Shown here piece by piece: positions 11,501 to 30,962 of a stretch of 64,000 nt of DNA. The stretch is from Octopus vulgaris (taxonomy: Eukaryota): contig OX597827.1 in assembly GCA_951406725.2 (NCBI GenBank), forward strand, positions 76,942,001-77,006,000. Direction: 5' to 3'. The notes below the pieces were generated by a model. The model ran no database searches. It was not told where the DNA came from and saw nothing but the letters and a program-made list of their open reading frames with translations. The first letter of the stretch is position 1; each line of letters begins with the position of its first letter. Position numbers and translations under genes: made by a program.

Positions 11501-12982
11501 CACACACATGTATATAAACCTTGTAAGTGGAATTGGTAGATGGAAACAGAAAGAAGCCTGTTGCATATATCCATGTGTCTGTCTGTCTGACTGTCCTTGT
11601 GCCCACACTCCCTATCCGCACTGCTTAGCAATGTGTGTTGGTTTGTTTACATCCCTGTCACCTTGCCCTTCGGTAAGAGGCAACTGATCAAATAAGAAAC
11701 AAGCTTTTTACAAAAAAAAAAATATGTACTGGGTTTATTGTGTTCCACTGAAACCCTTCAGATTGGTGCTCCAGCATGACCACAGTGCAATGACTGAAGC
11801 CAAGGCTAAAAGGTCAAAGATGTGTGTGTGAGTGAGTGGGTGGGTGGGTGTATTTGTAGCAGGTGAGAATGGGTAGGGGCTTGTTGTGTATAAAAAGGAA
11901 ATAGTATAGGGGAGAAAAGTAAACCTTGAGGCACACCAGGAATGAAAGAGGGGTGGGGAGGGAAGAGGCATATAGGGGAGTGGTAGTGGTAGGTGATATA
12001 ATGTAGGTGGTGGCTGCAACAGCAGCAGCAGTAGTGGTGGTGGTGGTGATGATGGTAGCAGCAGCAGTAGCAATAGAAGTTGTTGTAGTGTGGTAGTGGT
12101 GGCAGCAGGAGCCGCAGCAGCAGAGGTGGTGGTGGTGGTGGTGGTGGTGGTGGTGGTGGTGGTAGTAGTAGTAGTTATAGCAGTAGTGATGGTAGTGGTG
12201 GTGCTGGTGGTGGTGGTGCTTCTAATAGTAGTAGTAGGTGTGGTAGTGTGTCATGTTTTGAAGTTAAAGTCATGTTCAGAGAAGGAATTCAAAAGGGGGT
12301 GGGAAGGGGCATAACTGAGGCAGGGGAAAAAGGATTGGGTTTGATACTTAAATACAAGGGCTGGATATGGTGGGTACAATGTGAGTGTTAGTGAGAAATT
12401 GGGCTGGAAAGGTAGACAAAAGAATGAGAAGGGACAGAGGAGCAGTTGGCCATAAAGAGCAGAGGCCATTATAGTAGAGGTAGACAAAACAGGGGGAGGA
12501 CAGAGCACAGATTGGAATGTATTGGGGTGTGACTTCTTGTCATTCACTGTAGGGGCTTCTCTTTCAATATAGCCCAGCATGTAGGCATATAGCAGCAGTA
12601 GGAGCATTGTGGTCATCATCATCATCATCATCATCATCATCAGTGAATGTCCATTTCCCATGCTGGCATGGGTTGGAACAGTTTGACAGGAGCTGGTCAA
12701 CCAGAGAGCTGCACCAAGTTCCACTTGCCTCTTTTCTCCTGGCTTCTATGGCTGGATGCCCTTCCCTAATAGCAACTGATTTACAGGGTGTACTGGGTGC
12801 TTTCTAGGTTGCACCAGGATGGGTGCTTTCTCCATGGCACCAACACCCACAAGTTCTCAAGACAAGGACCTTCTCAACTGAGAGAGAGAGCAACCAAGAG
12901 ATTGGAGAATGATTACAAGACAGAGGTAGCCATTCCATAACAAACATAGAGATGGCGTAATGAACTCCCATGTGAGTCTCAC

Positions 12983-13462
12983 TTAACCCTTTCATTACCG
13001 TATTTCTATTGAGATGCTCTGTGTTTCTTTAAATTACTTTAAATATAACAAAGAATTTAGTAAAATAACTTAGTTATCATTCAGCTAGTGTTAGGAAACA
13101 TAAATTGTGACTAAGGTTTGGTGGAAGATTTTAATTCAGAACTTATGAAAACAAGACATTTGTACTCAGAGCCAGAGCTGGTTTCAGCTGGGTTGGTATC
13201 AAAAGGGTTAAGAATTGTTTCTCTATTATATATTTTAACACTTTTGTAACCATATTTCTATTGAGATGCTCTGTGTTTCTTTCAATTACTTTAAAATATA
13301 ACAAAGAGTTTAGTAAAACAACTTAGTTATCATGAAGCTAGTGTTAGGAACATAAATTGTGACTAAGGTTTAGTGGGAGATTTTAATTCAAAACTTATGA
13401 AAACAAGGCATTTGTACTCAGATACAGAGCCGGGGTTGCCGGGTTGGTAATGAAAGGGTTAA
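12983..13462 (+). mobile_element. Two tandem piggyBac-like MITEs (TTAA-CCCTTT...AAAGGG-TTAA), 252-bp period
   Basis: TTAA at 12983, 13208, 13235 and 13459; short terminal inverted repeats; 23-bp spacer. Confidence 0.8.
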
Positions 13463-13863
13463 ACTTTGAAAAGGGGTTAATAGTTATTGTTGGGAGAATT
13501 ATATGCTGGTCCTATAGTGCAAGGCCAGTTCTTGTTAGGTGAAAGAGGTTAAGCATTTACTGTGAGAGGTCAAGGATACGTAGCAGTTTTCAGAATTCTG
13601 GTTTTGGTGTTCTTTCCTGTTATACTTGTTTTAGTCATTGGACGACGGCCATACTGGAGCATCACCCTGAAAGATTTTGTCTTTAGTTGAGTGAATTGGT
13701 TCCAGTATTTATTTATCTATTTATGTATTTTAGCTGAATCACTAAGTTACAGGGGACATAAACACACCAACACCAGTTATCAAGAGGTGGGGAAGGGACA
13801 AACGCAGACACAACCACAAATACACACACATATGACACATTAAAAAGCAGCAAAAATATCACA

Positions 13864-13909
13864 AAAACTGTTACTCAAAGTTTCATGTTTCCGTTTGTTG
13901 GACAGTTTT
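13864..13909 (-). ncRNA. Decayed hammerhead motif (AAAACTGT family), inverted partner of 14142-14187
   Basis: Minus strand AAAACUGU-CCAACAA-ACG(GAAA)CAU-GAA-ACUUUGAGU-A-ACAGUUUU; core changes consistent with CpG decay. Confidence 0.55.
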
Positions 13910-14141
13910 GGTGGTGGTGGTGGTGGTTGGTGGTGGTGGTGGTGGTGGTGGTGGTGGTGGTGGTGGTGCAGTGATAGTTATAACACTGATGTGGTGGGAT
14001 GTGTAGGCAGTGGTGTGGAGGTTTCAGTTAGGTTGTAGTTCTTGCTTGTTTAAACTGTTTGTGCAGTTCTTCCCTGCACAAACAGACCTATGATCAAAGG
14101 CGTTCCAGCTGTGACCATCCCACTTTTATCTTTTTCTAAAT

Positions 14142-14187
14142 AAAACTGTCCGACGAATGGGAACGTGAAACTCTGAGTAACAGTTTT
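14142..14187 (+). ncRNA. Minimal hammerhead variant (U4C) with 8-bp stem I
   Basis: AAAACTGT-CCGACGA-ATG(GGAA)CGT-GAA-ACTCTGAGT-A-ACAGTTTT. Confidence 0.75.
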
Positions 14188-14289
14188 TGCGATATTTTTG
14201 CTGCTTTTTAATAAAGCATATTACTCTACCTCTGGTATTCGAGTACTATTTTTTCCACCTTGTTTCATATTTATGTGCTTACTCAGGTG

Positions 14290-14521
14290 GGCCTCCGTGC
14301 CGGTGGCACATAAAAAGCACCATCCGACCATGGCCGTCTGCCAGCCCCATCTGGCACCTGTGTCAGTGGCACGTAAAAAGCACCCACTACACTCACAGTG
14401 GTTGGCGTTAGGAAGGGCATCCAGTCGTAGAAGCATTGCCAGATCAGACTGGGCCTGGTGCAGCCTTCCCAGTCCCCAGTTGAACCGTCCTACCCATGCC
14501 AGCATGGAAAGTAGACGCTAA

Positions 14522-14553
<32 letters not shown>
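14290..14553 (+). mobile_element. SINE-like family B, 3' part
   Basis: Shared modules and (GAT)n tail. Confidence 0.85.
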
Positions 14554-14554
<1 letters not shown>

Positions 14555-14752
14555 GGTGCCTTGTTGTAACACTACTCTATATTGATACGTCTACCTTTAC
14601 GGTGTTTTATTTTACTGGAAAGTAATACGTTTATATTGCAATATTTTATTTTTCATTGAAAACGTTTTCACTGTTTTCGTTCTGTTTACAGCTAAGCATT
14701 CAGGCGAGTATACTGACATTGATGTAGCAACATTTGAAATATTGTCCAGGTA

Positions 14753-14827
14753 AATGCAGCTGATATAGACTGATCAAATTTACATTGACAAACGTATTTG
14801 AAGAGTCTGAAACCTAGGTACTGTATT
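14753..14827 (+). ncRNA. Hammerhead fold with damaged core inside a 427-bp terminally redundant unit
   Basis: AATGCAG-CTGATAT-AGAC...GTCT-GAA-ACCTAGGT-A-CTGTATT: 7-bp stem I, 4-bp stem II with TCAAAT/ATTTGA extension, perfect palindrome ACCTAGGT. Confidence 0.65.
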
Positions 14828-15048
14828 ATCCGATTCTGGGTTGTCCATTTATCAAATGTTCTTCCTAGAGGTAAGACAAATTTTTCATGCTTGTTTCACT
14901 CACACGTCTTGGCCAGTATATACGCAGTGAAGCTTTATTATAGCATCATAATTGCATCAACTGCTATTTCCAGTGAATATTGGTGCCTTGTTGTACCACA
15001 AATCTATATATTTATATATATATATATATATGTATTTCTATATTTATG

Positions 15049-15104
<56 letters not shown>

Positions 15105-15141
15105 ATATATATATATATATATATGTATTTCTATATTTTTG

Positions 15142-15195
<54 letters not shown>

Positions 15196-15501
15196 ATATA
15201 TATATATATATATATTTGTATATTTTTGTAGATATATATATATATATATATATATATAATAATATTAGTGGAGTAAATCCAAACTTATAGGGAAAAATTA
15301 GATTTAGGATTAAATCTAATTTTACAGTATAAATAAATTTTTAAATTAAAAAATTTTAATTTTAAAATAAAATTTTTAATTTAAATTTTGAATTTTATAT
15401 TTTATATATTTTGTATATTATATTAATTAATTTTATTTCTATGTTTTGGCTTATGTTTTTCACTGTTTGATTTGCCTAATAGTGGTTTTATCTCTAATTT
15501 A

Positions 15502-15536
<35 letters not shown>

Positions 15537-15537
<1 letters not shown>

Positions 15538-15704
15538 ATGGATCAAAACAATTTGATTCAAATTCATTGGCACTCTTAAGTCTGAAGCACAATGCTAGCT
15601 GTCAGCCATTTTGAATTTGATTTAAATTCAAAATGGCTGATGACTAGTATTGTGCTTGAAGCTCAAGAGACCAACAAATTTGAATCAAACCATTTTGATC
15701 CATA
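15537..15704. mobile_element. Fully palindromic ~168-bp MITE or foldback element flanked by TA
   Basis: TATGGATCAAAA...TTTTGATCCATA; arms pair imperfectly up to the central TTGAATTTGATTTAAATTCAA. Confidence 0.7.
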
Positions 15705-15784
15705 CATATAACGCCCAATAAATTGGTTGAGTGCCTTTCTTTCATCTGTCCACTCACTCATGTATATATATATATATATATATA

Positions 15785-16400
15785 TCACCAGCATCACCTT
15801 ACTAGCACATTCAAGCGATATCATTGCCAGTGCCACTGGACTGGCTCCTGTGCAGGTGGCAGGTGAAAAATACCACTTCAGCATGGCTGTTGTCAGTACC
15901 GCCTAACTGGCCCTCATGCCGGTGACATGTAAAAACACCCACTACACTCTCGGAGTGGTTGGTGTTAGGAAGGGCATCCACCTGCAGAAACTCTGCCAGA
16001 TCAGATTGGAGTCTGGTGCAGCCATCTGGTTCGCCAGCTCTCGGTCAAATTGTCCAACCCATGCTAGCATGGAAAGCGGATGTTAAATGAAGGTGATGAT
16101 GATGGTGATGATGGGCTGTTGCCAGCCTCACCTGGCCCCCGTGCCGGTGGCACGTAAAAAGCACCATCCAATCGTGGCTGTTTGCCAGCCTCATCTGGCA
16201 CCTGTGCAGGTGGCACATAAAAAGCACCCACTACACTCTCGGTGTGGTTGGCGTTAGGAAGGGCATCCAGCTATAGAAACATTGCCAGATCAGACTGGGC
16301 CTGGCGCAGCGTTCTGGCTTCCCAGACCCCAGTTGAACCGTCCAACCCATGCTAGCATGGAAAACGGACGTTAAACGATGATGATGATGATGATGATGAT
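15785..16400 (+). mobile_element. Two tandem SINE-like family B copies
   Basis: Two successive bodies ending in (GAT)n at about 16110 and 16400. Confidence 0.85.
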
Positions 16401-16405
16401 ATATA

Positions 16406-16657
16406 TTGCGTTGGTGCATAATTATTGCGGCTATTTTCCAACAAATTTTATTCAATTTATTCAACAAATTTTATTCAACAAAAACATATTTAAATGACGG
16501 TCTGACCGTCTGCCAAGCAAATGGGAAGCAGTAATTGAAGTAGATGGTGAATATGCTCCAGGATAATCATTTAAAGATGTTTTTGTTACATGTTGTTATT
16601 GTTTTTGTTGAATAAAATTTGTTGAAAAAAAGCCACAATAGTTATACACCAACCCAA
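16406..16657 (+). mobile_element. Internally deleted mariner element
   Basis: TA target duplications at 16404-5 and 16658-9; ~50-bp imperfect TIRs TTG(C/G)GTTGGTG(C/T)ATAA...; interior encodes DRLPSKWEAVIEVDGEY, resembling the mariner transposase C-terminus. Confidence 0.85.
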
Positions 16658-17079
16658 TACACACATACACACACACACATATACATATACATATAGATTA
16701 TAAATATTTATATATGTATATATACAAATATATACTGGTCTCTTATGGGCTTCTTACAGTTTCTATCTACCAAATCTACCCACAAGGCTTTGGTCAGCCC
16801 AAGGCCAAAGGCACTTGTCCAAGGTGCCACACAGTGAAACTGAACCAGGTACTGTGTGGTTGGGAAGTAAACTTCTTACCACACAGCCACACCTGCGCCT
16901 ATGGATCTGACAAGAGATGGTTCTAATCCTTTGGTGGCCAGTTTTGCCAGATTTGCATAACAGACACGGGGCTTTGCTTGTAGTAGTAGTAGTAATAGTT
17001 ATGGTGAAATAGTGGTGGTCATGTACTTTCAGAAATGGCGGTATGTGTTGCAGTGGTGATGTAGTGTGATCAGTGGTAG

Positions 17080-17712
17080 TTGAATGAGTATTGGTAACAG
17101 TGTCAGTGTGATTGCAGTAGAAGTAGTAGTAGTACTGGTGGTGGAGGTGTTGGTGGTAACAGTGCCGGTGGTGGTGGTGGTGGTAGTAGTGATGGTGGGC
17201 ATGACTGTGATGGCAGCAGTGGTGGTGGTAATAGTCGTGGTTGTAGTTACTGTAGCGATTATGGTGGTTGTAGTAGTTATGGTGGTGGTGGTGGTGGTGG
17301 TAGCAGTGATGGTGGGCATGGCTGTGATGGCAGTGGTGGTAGTAGTTGTAGTGGTCATGGTGGTGGTGGTGGTGGTGGTGGTGGTAGCAGTGATGTGGCC
17401 ATGGCTGTGATGGCAGTGGTGGTGGTAGTTGTAGCAGTGGTGGTAGTAGTGATGGTTACAGTAGCAGTGATGGTGGTGGTGGCAGTGGTTGTGGTAATGA
17501 TAGTCATGGTTGTAGTTGCTGTAGTGATTATGGTGGTTGTAGTGGTCATGGTGGTGGTAGTGGTGGTGGCGGTGGTGGTGGTGGTGGCGGCGGCGGCGGC
17601 GGCAGTAGTGGTGGTGGCGGCGGTGGTGGTGGTGGTGGCGGCGGCGGCGGCAGTAGTGGTGGGGGCGGCGGCGGCGGCGGTGGTGGTGGTGGTGGTGGTG
17701 GTGGTGGTGCAG
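17080..17712. repeat. (GTG/GTA/GCG)n trinucleotide array with higher-order units
   Basis: Recurring CATG(A/G)CTGTGATGGCAG units at about 17200, 17317 and 17400. Confidence 0.85.
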
Positions 17713-18332
17713 TGATAGTTATAACACTGACGTGGTAGGATGTATAGGCAGTGGTGTGGCGGTTTCAGTTAGGTTGTAGTTCTTTCTTGTCTTGACCCAG
17801 GGCCATCCTTGCACAGAGAGACTTACGATCAAAGGCATTCCAGCTGTGACCATCCCACTTTTATCTTTTACCTACCAGGAGGGAACCCAAGCCCAACATC
17901 ATGCAACATATTCCCTTGGGGGAGGTCCTGTATGAAATGTGGAAAGATGGGGTTAAGCTCCCTTTGTAATCACAAGGTTCTGAGTTCAGTCTCACTGTGT
18001 GGCACTTTGGGTAGCCCTAGGTCAACCAATGCCTTGTGAGTGAATTTGGTAGGTGGAAACTGTGTAGAAGCCCTTCGCGTTTATATCTTTTACTTGTTCC
18101 AGTCATTAGACTGCCCCCATGCTGGGGCACCGCCTTCAATTTTTAGCTGACTGCATCAACCCCAGGACTTACCTTTTAAGTCCAGCATGCATTCTGTCAG
18201 TCTATTTTGCTGAACTACTAAGTGATTGGGATGTAAACACACCGACACCGGTTGTCAAATGGTGGTGGAGGACAAACATAGACAGAAAAACACACACACA
18301 GATTTACATACATATACATACATATGTGTATA

Positions 18333-18730
18333 TCTTTATATATAAAAGTCAAGTTGTGTGTCTGTCTCCTACGATTTAGATTCCTAACTACTCCCACATT
18401 TTGCGGTGCAGTTTAACCAAAAGCGGGTATCTTATAGTCGTGATTCATATCGAGCCCTTCTGGGTATTAGCGCGCGTCTACGATAAGTCTACGATTTTTA
18501 AAATAATTTACCATCATTTTTTTCCATTTTAATGCATTTTTTTCGCTATTATATAAGGGAAGTAACTCTCTAAAAATGTCTACGATGAGTCAACGATTTA
18601 AAAAAAAATTTACCATAATTTTTTTTCCATTTTTAATGCATTTTTTTTGCTATTTTTCGGCTATAACTCTCTAAAAATGCTTATATAGTTATTTCCCTTA
18701 CAAACCGAGCAACGCCGGGCGATACTGCTA

Positions 18731-18731
<1 letters not shown>
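18333..18731 (+). mobile_element. Complete non-autonomous Helitron
   Basis: 5' A|TCTTTATATATAAAAG; 3' hairpin CCGAGCAACGCCGG followed by CTAG|T; AT target site and no TSD. Confidence 0.8.
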
Positions 18732-18794
<63 letters not shown>

Positions 18795-18805
<11 letters not shown>

Positions 18806-19075
18806 AAGCTGAAGTTGTCTCTGTGTGTATGGCAGGTTTGGTAGCCTTCAACTAACACTATCTCCTCCGAGACCATGCGGTGCAAGTTGACCAAAATTGA
18901 GAGTATGATAGAAGAAGGCCTGTTCTTCCTTCCGTAAAAGAAAAAATTCAAATCAGACCAAGTTAAGACCAAAAATTATTTACATCAAAAAGGTGCTTTT
19001 TTTCTATGAAAATCCCTATTTTTTACGATTTTTTGACTGCTGTGTCGCCATTTTTTGGTGTATTTCAACCAGAAA
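18795..19075 (+). mobile_element. 5' part of a second Helitron-like element
   Basis: Begins TATAAAGCTGAAGTTGTCTCTGTGTG, similar to the 5' end at 18333; no 3' terminus seen. Confidence 0.45.
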
Positions 19076-19343
19076 TAGATTTTCAGTGTAGTTCGAAACT
19101 TGAGCTTCATTTTGCTTTATATATGACAGGTTTCTTTTAGTTTCTGTCTACCAAATCCACTCACAAGGCTTTCATCATCTTGATGCTATTTTGGAAAAAA
19201 CTTGCCCTAGTTACCACATGGTGGGACTGAACCCAAAACCATGTGGTTGAGATGCAAACCTCCTACCACACAGCTACACATGCACCTACTGATATTGAGC
19301 AGTGAGAATGGGTGCTCTACACTGCATTGGGAATAAATATTCT

Positions 19344-19526
19344 TTATTTGTAAGTTAACAAAGCAACCATTGGTTTCTTGCTGACAATTCTCAGCAATTA
19401 TCAATCCTGCCATATGAGACAGTCATCTAAAATGGAGATGAGCACCAATGTCCCATGTGGCAGGATTGATAATTGCTAAGAATTCTTGACATGAAACCAA
19501 TGGTAGCCTTGTTAACCCACAAATAA
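19344..19526. repeat. ~75-bp imperfect inverted repeat of hammerhead-bearing fragments
   Basis: Right arm: (A)TGTC...GACAT-GAA-ACCAATGGT-A-GCC; left arm on minus strand retains GAUGA-C-UGUC; related fragment at 5165-5200. Confidence 0.7.
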
Positions 19527-20339
19527 CGTAAATAGATAGATATATCATTTACTTCTTTTGGTCACTAAACTGTGGCCATGCTAGAGCAACACCTTAAAGA
19601 ATTTTAGTTGAACAAATCAACACTAATGCTGTACTTATTCTACTGGTCTGTTTTGCTGAACCACTAAGTTACGTGAAACATACCAACACCAGTTGTCAAG
19701 CAACACACACATTTGTACAATGGGCTTCTTTCAGTTTCCATCCACCAAATCCATTCACAAGGCTTTGGTCAGCCCGAGGCTATAGTAGAAGACACTTACT
19801 TGCCCAAGGTACCATGCAGTGGGACTGAACCTGGAACCATGTGGTTGGGAAGCAAACATCTTACCACGCAACTGCACCTGTCTTTTGTTTTTTGTGTTTG
19901 TGTCTTCCAACACTGCTTGACAACTGGTATTGGTTTGTTTACATCCCAAAAGAGATCCAATAGAATACATACTAGACTTTAAATTAAGTCCTTGGATCAA
20001 TTTGTTTGAACAGAAACCCTCCAAAGCAGTGCTCCAGCATGGCCACAGTCAAAATGCCCGAAACAAGAAAAACGTAAAGGATGAAGGACAACCATGCAGA
20101 GACGTCTTGCTGGTTTGCAATGGTATAGTATGAAAGGATCGGTGGTTCCATGGTTGTTAGCTCTAGGTCAAGACATTCCAGCTATGGCCATCCTGTCTTC
20201 TCCAAGGTCTTTCTCAAATGACATTGTCATATATGATGTCCCCTTATTTTTTCATTCAGTGGAATGTTATTTGTGGCAGATTTGGCTGTTGTTTCTAACA
20301 TCTTGCACAACCACATAGTTGGTTCAGATGGCAGTTAGG

Positions 20340-28140
<7,801 letters not shown>

Positions 28141-28165
28141 ACTTACATACCATACATATATATAT

Positions 28166-28293
<128 letters not shown>

Positions 28294-28346
28294 TATATAA
28301 ATATATACGTGTGTATATATAAATATGTGTGTTTGTGTGTGAGTTT

Positions 28347-28390
<44 letters not shown>

Positions 28391-28444
28391 CATAGATATA
28401 TATACAACATACATGTGTATGTATATTATATTTGTGTGTGCATA

Positions 28445-28555
28445 GATCAGACTGGAGCCTGGTGCAGCCTCCTGGCTCCCCAGACTCCAGTCGAACCATC
28501 CAACCCATGCTACCATGGAAAACGGACGTTAAACGATGATGATGATGTTGATGAT
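28445..28555 (+). mobile_element. SINE-like family B, 3' end
   Basis: AGATCAGACTGGAGCC...GGAAAACGGACGTTAAAC(GAT)n. Confidence 0.8.
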
Positions 28556-28564
28556 GTATATATG

Positions 28565-28612
<48 letters not shown>

Positions 28613-29410
28613 AAAAATACTCACACATACACACATGTGCACATACACACATGTGCACATACACACACACACACTCATACTGTCATGTAAACATTCATAC
28701 AGCCCTACACATCAATAGACACACATACATGCACACACAAACGTGTGCACATGCACGCACACACACACACACATGCCCCCACAAACATACAGTGACACCC
28801 ACCCACAAATCCAGCTTTCTACATCTGGAAATATGAAACATCCCTAGTATTCAGACACAAGCATGGCAGTCTGCTAAAATGTTTCCTTGCCAACCACATG
28901 GTTCTGGGTTCAGTTCCACTGCGTGGCACCTTGGACAAGTGTCTTCTACTATAACCTCAGGCCAACCAAAGCCTTCGTAGTGGCTTTGGTTGAGAGAAAG
29001 TGAAAGTAGTCCACTGAATATATACTTAGTCGCAGGTGTGGCTGTGTGGTAAGAAGCTTGCTTCCCAACCACATGGTTACATGTTCAATCCCACTGCATA
29101 ACACCTTGGACAAGTGTCTTCTACTATAGCCTTGGGCCAACCAAAGCCACAGAATTTATACCAAAACAGACGATAGAGCTTGGTGTTGCTCTCCAGCTTG
29201 TCAGGCTCCTGTGAAATTGTTCAATCTTTGCCAGCATCTTGAAAAACGGATTTAAATGATGATAATGATGATGTATGTAGGTGTGTGTGTGTGTTAGTGT
29301 CTGCATGCATGTGTATGTGTGTATATATATATATATGTATATGTATGTATATTTGTATATTGCGTGTTTATATGTATAAATATATGTGTGTGTGTGTGTT
29401 TGTGTGTGTA

Positions 29411-29528
29411 TCGAAGAGCGTAGGCTCGAAACGTAAAAGACTTTTTCTATTCCTGAGCGCTATTCTAATACATTTGTTTGTTTGTACTCCACCTGCCTTC
29501 GTCTTTTGTTTATTTTCGTAAACTTTCC

Positions 29529-29532
<4 letters not shown>
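29411..29532 (+). mobile_element. GAGC/GCTC hammerhead element, 5'-truncated within the core
   Basis: TCGAAGAGCGTAGGCTCGAAACGTAAAAGAC... nearly identical to 1745-1871. Confidence 0.75.
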
Positions 29533-29585
<53 letters not shown>

Positions 29586-29649
29586 AATCGCTAGCTTCTG
29601 CACGCATTTTTTTCTCTCCTTGTTTCTCTCCGTGTTTCTTTTCTGTGTA

Positions 29650-29687
29650 TCTTTCTGTTGAAGAGCGTAGGCTCGAAACGTTAAAGA
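29650..29687 (+). ncRNA. Minimal hammerhead variant (A6U)
   Basis: TCTTT-CTGTTGA-A-GAGC(GTAG)GCTC-GAA-ACGT-T-AAAGA, in element about 29581-29786. Confidence 0.65.
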
Positions 29688-29801
29688 CTTGCTTTATTTA
29701 TATTCCTGAGCGCCATACTAATACAATTGTTTGTTTGTACTCCACCTGTCTTCGTCTTTTGTTTATTTTCATAAAGCTTCTCGTTATATATATATATATA
29801 C

Positions 29802-30115
29802 GTGGAGGCGCAATGGCCTAGTGGTTAGAGCAGCGGACTCGCTGTTGCAGGATCACAATTTCGATTCCCAGACCGGGCGTTGTGAGTGTCTATTGAGCGA
29901 AAACACCTAAAGCTCCACGAGGCTCCAGCAGGGGAAGGTGGTGGCGATCCCTGCTGTACTCTTTCGCCACAACTTTCTCTCACTCTTTCTTCTGTTGGCC
30001 TGCTCGCTTAGCCAGCTGGGTGGCATCATTTGAAGGCTAAAACAATGCGAAGCGCATTGTGACCAGCGATGTGTAGCAACATCTAATAGCCTGGTCGGTC
30101 ACAGTGATCACGGTG
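29802..30115 (+). mobile_element. tRNA-derived SINE, family D
   Basis: Homologous to 5259-5570. Confidence 0.9.
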
Positions 30116-30535
30116 ATATATATGTATATATAACACGCTCATATATGTACAGGTTTATCATCATCAATATCATCATTTAACGTCCATTTTCTATGCTGGC
30201 ATGGGTTAGACCATTTGACTGGGGCTGGTAATCTGGAGGGTTGCACCACACTCCATCTGTCTGTTCTGACACAGTTTCTACAGCAGGATACCCTTCCTAA
30301 CACCAACCATTCTACTGAGAGTACAAGGTGTCCTTCATATGTCACTGGCACAGGTGCCTCTCACATGTCTCCAGCATATACACATATACATACATACATA
30401 CATACATACATACATGCAGTCAGTCGCCATGGTAGATCATTAGCAGCTACAATTTTTTTCTCTCCTTTTTTTCTCTCCTTTTTTCTCTCTCCTTTTTTTC
30501 TCTCCTTGTTTCTCTCCTTGTTTTTTTCTGTGTCC

Positions 30536-30571
30536 CTTTCTATAGAAGAGCGTAGGCTCGAAATGTAAAAG
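30536..30571 (+). ncRNA. Decayed GAGC/GCTC hammerhead motif
   Basis: CTTT-CTATAGA-A-GAGC(GTAG)GCTC-GAA-ATGT-A-AAAG, in element about 30420-30665. Confidence 0.5.
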
Positions 30572-30663
30572 ACTTTTTCTATTCCTGAATGTTATACTAA
30601 TACATCTGTTTGTTTTGTACACCACCTGTCTTCGTCTTTTGTTTTTTTCGTAAACTCTCCCTT

Positions 30664-30732
<69 letters not shown>

Positions 30733-30737
30733 CCAAC

Positions 30738-30875
30738 TATTGAAAAGGTTGCAAGACGCAACAAAAATTTTAGGAAAATAAAAATAAGAAATAAGTAGAA
30801 ATTTTACCGGTGAGTGTGTTACATTATAAGGCGCAAAAAGAAAATGACTCTCCCCAGACACAACAGAATATGCTT
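30738..30875. repeat. Unclassified AT-rich interspersed repeat
   Basis: Reverse-complement copy at about 62810-62945. Confidence 0.8.
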
Positions 30876-30962
30876 CAACATACGAACTTATATAAAGAAT
30901 CTAGCAAACCAAATCCAAAAACGAAATATATATATATATAAGTATATATAATTATATTAATA

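Noticed and set aside
14692-14749. 58-nt exon-like segment (TTTACAG| ... |GTAAAT) reading KHSGEYTDIDVATFEILS
   Set aside because: Isolated, no partner exons, and lies inside the 427-bp HHR unit with the donor overlapping stem I
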